From Thermoplasmatota archaeon (lineage in GTDB: Archaea; Thermoplasmatota; Penumbrarchaeia; Penumbrarchaeales; Penumbrarchaeaceae), in contig JARVGK010000017.1 of the NCBI GenBank assembly GCA_029762535.1, positions 50,409 through 64,726 on the forward strand: 14,318 nucleotides of DNA, written 5' to 3'. The notes under the pieces were generated by a model. That model had not been told where the DNA came from. It was given only the letters and a program-made list of their open reading frames with translations, and made no database searches. Of the stretch, positions 1 to 6,521 are shown piece after piece; the first letter of the stretch is position 1; each line of letters begins with the position of its first letter. A program made the position numbers and the translations under genes.

Positions 1-383
1 AGGTTCCCGAGGAGGAGCCTGAAGAGGCAGTAGAGGAGGAGGTCCCCGAGGAGGAGCCTGAAGAAGCCGAGGAGGAGCCTGAAGAGGCCGAGGAAGTGGT
101 TCCCGAGGAGGAGGCTGAAGAGGCCGAGGAAGTGGTCCCCGAGGAGGAGGCTGAAGAGGCAGTAGAGGAAGAGGCCGCTGAGGGATCCGGGGATGAAGAA
201 AGGGAGGGGTCCGAAAGCGGTGAAGAACCGGAACCGGAGGGGTCTTTGGATGGAACAGGGGAGAAAGTGTATAAATGGATAAAGTGCCCTCACTGCGGCG
301 ATCCTGTCCCGATAACGACGATGGAGAGGCCGATAGTGATCGTATGCAGCAGCTGCGGCGCGAAAGGCAGATTGGTCAGATGA
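1..383 (+). CDS. C-terminal part of a protein with a Glu/Pro-rich low-complexity linker and a terminal Zn ribbon (5' end outside window)
   Basis: Frame 3 is open from position 3 (VPEEEPEEAVEEE...) to TGA 381-383, so the ORF-track start at 96 is not the real start. Ends KWIKCPHCG...IVCSSCGAKGRL (CxxC-x17-CxxC). Confidence 0.8.
   Translation, partial: VPEEEPEEAVEEEVPEEEPEEAEEEPEEAEEVVPEEEAEEAEEVVPEEEAEEAVEEEAAEGSGDEEREGSESGEEPEPEGSLDGTGEKVYKWIKCPHCGDPVPITTMERPIVIVCSSCGAKGRLVR
3..173 (+). repeat. Imperfect coding tandem repeat, ~36-39-nt unit encoding VPEEE(P/A)EEA(E/V)EE
   Basis: gttcccgaggaggaggctgaagaggc (99-124) recurs as gtccccgaggaggaggctgaagaggc (135-160). Related copies start at 3 and 42. 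Confidence 0.85.
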
Positions 384-393
384 GGTGAAAGAG

Positions 394-951
394 ATGATGT
401 ACTGCACGCATTGCGGATCGGACCTGAAGGGCAGCAAGACCTCTTGTCCCGTCTGCGGTTACAGGGTCGACAAGATGAAGGATGATCTAAGATCACCCAG
501 GGCGGCCAGGCCCGCCCCAAGGGAGGATGAGAGGAGGCCATGGGCGCCACCTATTCCGGACCAGAGGCGGGATGGTTTCCGCCAGAAGGAGGCCGGGGAG
601 GAGCATTCGGAGCCCGAATTTGAGGAGGAGAAACCCCCGATACGCTTCGGGTCAGGGGATGAACCGGTCGAGGAGGTCGAGGAGCAGTATGATCCCACCA
701 TTGTGAGCACCTGTTCCTTCTGCTCCGCCAGACCTGAGGCGAGATGCTTCTTCTGCCTCTCCCCCATATGCAGGTCCCATACAGAATGGATGCAGATACT
801 GGTGAGGTCCACAGCTTTCGGGGATAGGGTCAAAGCGTGTCCGACATGCTCCAGGTCCAAGGAGGGCAGGAGCCCAACGGCATCCGAGGCCGATGAGGCC
901 GGAATGCTGTTCTCGATCAAGCCATATCACGTTTGGACAAGGGTCAAGTGA
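394..951 (+). CDS. Multi-zinc-finger protein: N-terminal zinc ribbon, Pro/Glu-rich linker, C-terminal 8-ligand Cys/His cluster
   Basis: CTHC-x10-CPVC at the N-terminus; CSFC..CFFC..ICRSH..CPTC at the C-terminus. SD GAGGTGA at 382-388 favours ATG 394/397 over GTG 385. Confidence 0.8.
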   Translation: MMYCTHCGSDLKGSKTSCPVCGYRVDKMKDDLRSPRAARPAPREDERRPWAPPIPDQRRDGFRQKEAGEEHSEPEFEEEKPPIRFGSGDEPVEEVEEQYDPTIVSTCSFCSARPEARCFFCLSPICRSHTEWMQILVRSTAFGDRVKACPTCSRSKEGRSPTASEADEAGMLFSIKPYHVWTRVK

Positions 952-957
952 AGCCCG

Positions 958-1530
958 ATGGCCGAATACTACCTGGATCTGGAGACGACCGGCCTCGATC
1001 CGAGGACCCATCGATTGATAAGCATACAATATCAGAGGCTCGACATGCGGACAGGACGTCAGCTGGGTCCCTTGACGGTGCTGAAGGAATGGGAATCCTC
1101 CGAAAGGGGAATGCTTGAGCTGTTCCTTCCCATATTCATGGGTTCGGGCCCGTTCTCGTTCGTGGCCATAGGCTTCAACGTACCTTTCATGTACAGCTTT
1201 ATCATAGAGAGGGCCATGGCCGTGGGCCTGGACGCCCCGGACCCGCTCTACGTTTTCGGAAGCAAGCCATATCTGGACATCAAGCCCTTTGCCGTCCTCA
1301 TGAACAACGGCAGCTTCAAGGGGGCGAGCCTGGACAGATTCACCGACCTGTCCTTTACAGGGGAGATGGTCCCCGTTCTGTACGAGCGGGGGGAAAATGA
1401 CCGCATCGAAGAGTGCATCAAGGAGAAGGCATCCGCGTTCCTGTCGCTCTACAGGCATCTCAAGGAGGCCGCCCCGGCGATGGCGCCTGAGAGGAAAGCG
1501 GCTGTAAAACAGAGCGTTCTGGAGGTCTGA
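958..1530 (+). CDS. RNase H-fold (DnaQ/RNase_H_2-like) 3'-5' exonuclease homolog
   Basis: ExoI motif YLDLETTGLDP, SERGML segment and ExoII-like IGFNVPF. Starts 6 nt after the previous stop. Confidence 0.75.
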   Translation: MAEYYLDLETTGLDPRTHRLISIQYQRLDMRTGRQLGPLTVLKEWESSERGMLELFLPIFMGSGPFSFVAIGFNVPFMYSFIIERAMAVGLDAPDPLYVFGSKPYLDIKPFAVLMNNGSFKGASLDRFTDLSFTGEMVPVLYERGENDRIEECIKEKASAFLSLYRHLKEAAPAMAPERKAAVKQSVLEV

Positions 1531-1533
1531 GGG

Positions 1534-2181
1534 TTGTGCGGGAGGTTCAACCTATTCTCCTCGGTCGAGATGATAGTCGATGACCTGAATGTCGAGCGGG
1601 TCCTATTCGAGCCGCCGCCAAGATACAACATCTCCCCCGGCCAGGATATTGCATCCGTCCATATTGATGGCATACCCTCCATATCTGCGATGAAGTGGGG
1701 CCTGACACCTCGCTGGTCGGATACGCCCAGGGGTCTCATAAATGCGAGGTCCGAAACGGTTTTCGAAAAGAGCAGCTTCAGGGAGGCGATCCGAAAAAGA
1801 AGATGCGTGATCCCGGCCGACGGGTTCTTCGAATGGGGTAAGGTCCCCTCAGGAAAGCAGCCGTACTATCTGCACAGGGAGGATGACAAGCTCTCCTATA
1901 TGGCCGGAATATTCGAAAAGGGAATTGAAGGAAATGACTCATGCTGCATCCTTACCGTCCCTTCCAAGGGAGATATCTCCTCCATACACGATCGCATGCC
2001 CCTAATACTCGATAGGGAGGACGCATTATGTTATATCGGTCCCATCGGTTCACAGGATGCGATCCGTCCACTCTTCGAGAAGGGGATCCATTCGTTGAGG
2101 ATGCATCCCGTCTCGAAGGACGTCAACTCACCCTCGTCCGAGGGCAGGCATCTTATAGAGCCTATCGGGAGATTGTTCTGA
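1534..2181 (+). CDS. SOS response-associated peptidase (SRAP; YedK/HMCES family) abasic-site processing protein
   Basis: N-terminal MCGRF (catalytic Cys2), PRYNISP, WGL, INARSET, RRCVIPADGFFEW and IHDRMP. TTG start with SD GGAGGT at 1521-1526. Confidence 0.95.
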   Translation: MCGRFNLFSSVEMIVDDLNVERVLFEPPPRYNISPGQDIASVHIDGIPSISAMKWGLTPRWSDTPRGLINARSETVFEKSSFREAIRKRRCVIPADGFFEWGKVPSGKQPYYLHREDDKLSYMAGIFEKGIEGNDSCCILTVPSKGDISSIHDRMPLILDREDALCYIGPIGSQDAIRPLFEKGIHSLRMHPVSKDVNSPSSEGRHLIEPIGRLF

Positions 2182-2809
2182 ATTCAATGATGTGATCGAT
2201 CAGGGACGAGAAATCATCGAAGTTCAATTCACTTTCTATCCTGGGCCTTATTCCGTTCGTGATCTGGATGAACGGGATCCCCGCCTTTGAGGCCGCGTCC
2301 CTGTCGGATGGGGTGTCGCCTATGTAAACGGGATCGATCAACGATCCCCTGTCTATGACCATCAGTATGTTCTCATATTTATCAAGCCCCAACCTTCCGT
2401 GGGATTCCACCTCGACGAAGAACCTTTCGAAACCGGACCACTCCAGGAATGCGTCCATGTAGCTGGCCTGGCAGTTGCTGACCAGTGACAGCGGAATGTG
2501 CCGGGACAGTTTCTTTAGCCCCGCTTCCACGCCAGTGAAGAGCATACCGCCTTCCCTTCTTAGGTATTCGGCCTCCTTTCGGGATAGAGCCTCGTAGAGG
2601 ACGTTCGTATCCTCAATGTCCGGGAACAGGAGCGGAAGGAACTCCACGGGTTTCATACCCGATATCCGGTGCATGTCCTGGGAGGTTATCTCCCTGTCTA
2701 TGCGTTTATCGGCCAGGGCCCTTGTCCAGGCCTTGGCGGCCGTGACCGTGGGATCCCACAAGGTGCCGTCGAGATCGAATATGGCCGACCCTATGCGTTT
2801 CGGCTCCAT
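2162..2809 (-). CDS. HAD-superfamily hydrolase (phosphoglycolate phosphatase-like)
   Basis: Motif I IFDLDGTLWD, motif II VSN, motif III K (GLDK) and motif IV YIGDTPSDRDAASKAG. The 3' end overlaps the SRAP gene by 20 nt. Confidence 0.9.
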   Translation of the reverse strand: MEPKRIGSAIFDLDGTLWDPTVTAAKAWTRALADKRIDREITSQDMHRISGMKPVEFLPLLFPDIEDTNVLYEALSRKEAEYLRREGGMLFTGVEAGLKKLSRHIPLSLVSNCQASYMDAFLEWSGFERFFVEVESHGRLGLDKYENILMVIDRGSLIDPVYIGDTPSDRDAASKAGIPFIQITNGIRPRIESELNFDDFSSLIDHIIEFRTISR

Positions 2810-2846
2810 AAGTTGGGGAGCGTGGGCGGATACATTAGGGTTTCGA

Positions 2847-3158
2847 CTACTCGATCTCTATCTTCTTTCCGTCCCTCATGGAGAACTTAAGGGGCATAAC
2901 TATGTCGAGAAGACCGTTGTCGTATCTCGCTTTTACCCTCTCCACATCTATGCCGTGGGCGAGCATCCAGCATCCTGATATGTCCTTCTCACCGCGCTTT
3001 CCCTTTATACAGAGGCCGTTCTCGGTGACCTCGAGGTGTATGTCCTCCTTCTTGACCCCTGGCAGCTCCATCTGGGCATAGTAGTTCTCCAGGTCGTGGT
3101 TCATGTACATGCAGGGCATGACGCCCATATCCTTGGAATACTCCGTGCAGTCGTTCAT
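2847..3158 (-). CDS. Small heat-shock protein (Hsp20/alpha-crystallin domain), 103 aa
   Basis: ELPGVKKEDIHLEV, VKARYDNGLLDIVMP and C-terminal IEI (IxI) motif. ATG at 3158 has SD GGAGG just upstream; the longer ORF to 3413 adds non-family sequence. Confidence 0.9.
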   Translation of the reverse strand: MNDCTEYSKDMGVMPCMYMNHDLENYYAQMELPGVKKEDIHLEVTENGLCIKGKRGEKDISGCWMLAHGIDVERVKARYDNGLLDIVMPLKFSMRDGKKIEIE

Positions 3159-3449
3159 TTTTTTCCTCCGATGGGAGATGTAAGGGGTCATGGAGTATAT
3201 CCCGATCCCCTCACATATGCGTGGAGCGGGTATTGACAATGGAAGAAAAGGCAGAACCGAGAAGAAGATCGGGGGTTTGCGTGACCATCCGGATCGGTGA
3301 GGGGGTATGCTTTGGTCCTGCCAATTGGACAGGTCCTTGAGGGTAGATAAACCTTGATATATTTTTCTTCGTTCTGGATACTCAATACTTATGTTTGTAC
3401 AGGTTTGTTGCATTTATCCATATTTGGACCATTTACCGACAAGATATGA

Positions 3450-3550
3450 CATGTTCGGCAGGACCCGAAGGGGAAGAGTGGGGGGACTGGTGATGAGGAA
3501 AAAACCGGTCTGTTTAGGGGTTTTTCCGGGTCCTGCCTGTGAAAAACATG
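3450..3550. other. Long intergenic inverted repeat / potential structured RNA
   Basis: Perfect 11-bp arms GGCAGGACCCG (3457-3467) / CGGGTCCTGCC (3527-3537), outer CATGTT (3450-3455) / AACATG (3545-3550), and inner stem GACTGGT (3485-3491) / ACCGGTC (3504-3510) with one G-U pair. Confidence 0.6.
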
Positions 3551-3672
3551 CGTCTTTGCGTTTAAATAAATATTGGAAGGGTTTTTTCCTTCGCAAGGAA
3601 GAGGTCAGGTACCCGATGTCATCAAGCATCATTCGGGAAAAAGCATAATATGGCCAATTGGAACTACACCCC

Positions 3673-4644
3673 ATGCCAAATGAAGATAGCTTTGCGAAGA
3701 GGATAAGGGAGATCAGAGGATCCACTCTTGAGAGCGGGGATGTCCATACGTTCCAGGTGAACGTGGGGCTTATATGCAACCAGGAATGCCATCACTGTCA
3801 TCACAGAGCGGGTTCTGAGAGGGACGAGTTGATGGATCGGGATACCATGATGGCGATCGTGGTGAAGGCGAAGGAAGCGGGGGTGAAAACCGTTGATATC
3901 ACCGGAGGTGCCCCCGAGATGGTACCCCACATCAAAGAGTTCATACTCGCTCTCAAGAACAACGGACACCGCATCATGTTCAGGACCAACTTGACAGCCT
4001 TCCTTGATGAGCCTTACCGGGACTTCCCCCACTTTCTCTCGGAGATCGGGGTCGAGGTCATCGCCTCGCTTCCGTGCTACTACAAGGAGGAGACCGACTG
4101 CCTCAGAGGGGACGGTGTGTTCCATAAGAGCATAGAAGGCCTGAAAGTGCTCAATGGCCTCGGATACGGCATCAAGAAGGGTCTTCCGCTGCATCTCGTC
4201 TACAATCCCTACGAACCGTTCCTTCCCCCGCCGCAGCAGGACCTGGAGAAGGATTACAAGAGGATCCTGAGAGAGAACCACGGGATCGAGTTCACCGACC
4301 TGTATTCGATCACCAACATGCCCATGGGCCGATTCCTCGACGATCTTCGGGAGAAGGGGCTGGAAGAGGAATACATGAAGCTGCTCACCGACAATTTCAA
4401 CCCTGATACGGTTGAGGCCCTCATGTGCCTGGGGCAGATCAATATCGGCTGGGACGGGAAGCTCTACGACTGCGATTTCAATCAGGCGATGGGGATGGAC
4501 ATATCGATCGGAGGGGCCAAGAACATAGTGGACATAGACGCTGAAAACATCCCCAAAAGACCGATCCTGACCGGGGATCACTGCTTCGGATGCAGCGCGG
4601 GATCGGGATCCTCCTGCGGGGGGGCCCTTGTCGATAAGGAATGA
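3673..4644 (+). CDS. arsS: Arsenosugar biosynthesis radical SAM protein ArsS (TIGR04167-type, DUF3641 C-terminus), Cys form
   Basis: QVNVGLICNQECHHCH (CxxxCxxC), DITGGAPE, RTNLT, ASLPCY, LVYNP, ITNMP, YDCDFNQ and C-terminal HCFGCSAGSGSSCGG. Start is ATG 3673 or TTG 3658. Confidence 0.93.
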   Translation: MPNEDSFAKRIREIRGSTLESGDVHTFQVNVGLICNQECHHCHHRAGSERDELMDRDTMMAIVVKAKEAGVKTVDITGGAPEMVPHIKEFILALKNNGHRIMFRTNLTAFLDEPYRDFPHFLSEIGVEVIASLPCYYKEETDCLRGDGVFHKSIEGLKVLNGLGYGIKKGLPLHLVYNPYEPFLPPPQQDLEKDYKRILRENHGIEFTDLYSITNMPMGRFLDDLREKGLEEEYMKLLTDNFNPDTVEALMCLGQINIGWDGKLYDCDFNQAMGMDISIGGAKNIVDIDAENIPKRPILTGDHCFGCSAGSGSSCGGALVDKE

Positions 4645-4648
4645 TGAC

Positions 4649-5314
4649 ATGTATGATGAATGCGCGGCGTTCATTGTCGTGAAGGCCCCCGTTCCCGGAG
4701 GGGTCAAGACCAGGCTGGCCTCGTCCATCGGTGACGAAGCTGCATGCGAGGTCTACCGGATCATAGCCAGGGGGATGGTCGATTCTCTTAAGCGAAGTGG
4801 GATCCCATTGATGCTGGCGTTTTACCCTCGGGGATCGGAGGAGATGATCGAGGACGCGTTCGGTTGCGATATCCCGAGGTTCCCGCAGAGGGGATCGAAC
4901 CTCGGGGAGAGGTTATGTAACGCCTTTTCGGACCTTTTCGAGTCAGGTATGGACAGGGTGGTTGCGATCTCGAGCGATGTCCCCGAGCTGTCCCCCGGGA
5001 TCGTATCCGAGGCGCTGGATGCGCTGAGAAGCTACGATGCCGTCATAGGGCCCTGCCCCGACGGGGGCTTCTATCTCATCGGATTCAAGAAGGAGGCCTT
5101 TTACCCGGAGGCGCTTAGGGGCCAGTCGTGGGGATCCTCCTCGGTCCTTGATGAGACGATGAAGAGGATGTCAGGACTTCATGTTCATGTCCTTCCACCC
5201 GTATATGACATCGATACGCTGGAGGACCTGAGGGCGTTCGTGGAAAGGGGCGGCCATGATCTCGTACGGGAATTGAGGCGGTTCGTTCCGGGTGGGGCCG
5301 GGGGTCGACAATGA
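4649..5314 (+). CDS. TIGR04282-type (DUF2064, CofC-like) arsenosugar-associated transferase
   Basis: KAPVPGGVKTRLA, QRGSNLGERL, SDVP, IGPCPDGGFYLIG and YDIDTLEDL. ATG 4649 with AAGGA at 4636-4640, 4 nt after the arsS stop. Confidence 0.92.
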   Translation: MYDECAAFIVVKAPVPGGVKTRLASSIGDEAACEVYRIIARGMVDSLKRSGIPLMLAFYPRGSEEMIEDAFGCDIPRFPQRGSNLGERLCNAFSDLFESGMDRVVAISSDVPELSPGIVSEALDALRSYDAVIGPCPDGGFYLIGFKKEAFYPEALRGQSWGSSSVLDETMKRMSGLHVHVLPPVYDIDTLEDLRAFVERGGHDLVRELRRFVPGGAGGRQ

Positions 5315-5997
5315 GGTTCTCAGTGATCGTCCCCGTGCTGCACGAGAGAGATATCGTCAACCGGACGATCGAGGACATACGATCGGTCGAGAATGGCTCG
5401 GAGGTCGAACTGATCGTGGTCGATGGCGCTCCCGAGAGGGACACGTTATCGGCGATAAGGCGAAAAGGGGTATTACGGATCGCCTCCGAGCGCGGCAGGG
5501 CGCGTCAGATGAACGCCGGGGCGAATATCGCGACAGGGGATGTGTTGATATTCCTGCACACGGACACGTCGCTTCCCTCTAATGCCCTGTCCGAGATCGA
5601 GGAGAAGTTGAGGGAGGAGGACGTGGTCGGGGGAGCGTTCGATATCGCTCTGGTCCCGTCGAACCTCTATCTGAGGGCGATAGATGTCATAAACATCGCC
5701 AGGGTCCGCATCACCCGTGTCCCCTACGGGGACCATGCCATATTCATGAAGAGGGAGGTTTTCGAAGCGATCGGGGGCTATAAAGAGGTTCCCATAATGG
5801 AGGATGTGGAGATGATGAGAAGGCTCAGGAGGAACAAGATGAGGATAAGGATCCTCAAGGGACCGGCCCGAACGTCCTCGAGGAGGTTTGCCGATGACGG
5901 CTATATCAGGCATTCCCTGCGCTACTTCCTTCTCCATTTGAAGTACTGGACCGATGGCGATCTCGAGAGAATGAGCGATGATTATTACAGTCATTGA
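5311..5997 (+). CDS. TIGR04283-type GT2 glycosyltransferase (arsenosugar-associated)
   Basis: SVIVPVLHE, IVVDG, GRARQMNAGA, FLHTD, PYGDH, GGY..VPIMED and TSSRRF. ATGA overlap with the upstream stop. Confidence 0.92.
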   Translation: MRFSVIVPVLHERDIVNRTIEDIRSVENGSEVELIVVDGAPERDTLSAIRRKGVLRIASERGRARQMNAGANIATGDVLIFLHTDTSLPSNALSEIEEKLREEDVVGGAFDIALVPSNLYLRAIDVINIARVRITRVPYGDHAIFMKREVFEAIGGYKEVPIMEDVEMMRRLRRNKMRIRILKGPARTSSRRFADDGYIRHSLRYFLLHLKYWTDGDLERMSDDYYSH

Positions 5998-6084
5998 TAG
6001 ATAATTGTATACAGGAACGATCCCAAAATCTATGGAATAGGTTATATAGATGAAAAAACAATGGAACGCCCTACACCCCTGTGA

Positions 6085-6171
6085 AAGAAACGTTTCTACA
6101 ACTCTGTCAATATCAAGATGGGTTACTCTGTTATCGAGATAAGGACCCCTAGGGAGGTTGTGCATGCGTAA
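6085..6171 (+). pseudogene. 3' remnant of a PIN-domain (VapC-like) toxin gene
   Basis: Reads KKRFYNSVNIKMGYSVIEIRTPREVVHA*, matching the 'N-x-VN-x3-GY-x2-IEI-x-(S/T)P-x-E' C-terminus of a PIN subfamily. In-frame TGA at 6082-6084 and no N-terminal PIN motifs upstream. Confidence 0.7.
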
Positions 6172-6289
6172 GAAGTTCGATTCGGTAAAGATGATGAGGG
6201 ATATAAGAGAGGAACTGTCATTGAAGTATCCTGACCCGGCATCCCAGGAAGAATTCCTGAAAAAGGTCCGAAAAAAGTACATGAACTGA
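6164..6289 (+). CDS. 41-aa small protein, putative antitoxin partner of the PIN remnant (not in ORF track)
   Basis: MRKKFDSVKMMRDIREELSLKYPDPASQEEFLKKVRKKYMN. Strong SD GGGAGGT at 6152-6158; overlaps the PIN remnant stop. KKFD-x-VKMMR-x-IR is the type of small ORF I recognise downstream of such PIN genes. Confidence 0.75.
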   Translation: MRKKFDSVKMMRDIREELSLKYPDPASQEEFLKKVRKKYMN

Positions 6290-6350
6290 ACGATTATCAT
6301 AATAACATGCACAGTTCAAGAATCGAACATACCGCCAAAAGAGGGTCACT

Positions 6351-6358
6351 TTTAAATA
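6351..6358 (+). promoter_or_regulatory. Candidate archaeal TATA box (TTTAAATA) for the leader ORF / HisG-like gene
   Basis: Consensus-like TATA element about 30 nt before ATG 6390. Confidence 0.4.
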
Positions 6359-6368
6359 TATCATTGAG

Positions 6369-6467
6369 ATGCAGTTCCCGGAAACGATTATGGAGAACGT
6401 ATCCGTCCCCGGCGCCTTGATGCCCAAGCGCATCATGAGAAAGCATAGGCATCAGCCTATGTGCTGA
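6369..6467 (+). other. Candidate leader ORF (MQFPETIMENVSVPGALMPKRIMRKHRHQPMC*) overlapping hairpins
   Basis: Open from ATG 6369 (also 6390, 6420, 6435) to TGA 6465-6467. His codons at 6444 and 6450 lie in or beside the perfect hairpin CATAGGC-ATCA-GCCTATG (6444-6461). Confidence 0.3.
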
Positions 6468-6521
6468 AGGGATCGGATCGTTTCCGGGTCGCTTCCAGGT
6501 GTTCTTTTCGGAGGCATGGAA

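Noticed and set aside
3159-3413. 85-aa N-terminal extension of Hsp20 given by the ORF track
   Set aside because: Not family-like, and a strong SD precedes ATG 3158.
3457-3480. GCAGGACCCGAAGGGGAAG resembles SRP RNA helix 8
   Set aside because: It lacks the GNRA loop register and the conserved AGCA(G/A) 3' side, and no other SRP helices are recognisable.
3486-3545. GTGATGA as a C/D-box C motif or hammerhead core
   Set aside because: No CTGA D box at a suitable distance, and no CTGANGA...GAAA core with the required stems.
4610-4644. Selenocysteine in the ArsS C-terminal SS(C/U)GG motif
   Set aside because: The codon is TGC (Cys) and the ORF has no in-frame TGA before its stop.
3664-6312. Long antisense ORFs 3664-4728 and 5473-6312 (also 652-1458 and 6297-6809)
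   Set aside because: Shadows of well-supported genes on the opposite strand in GC-rich DNA, with no recognisable motifs.
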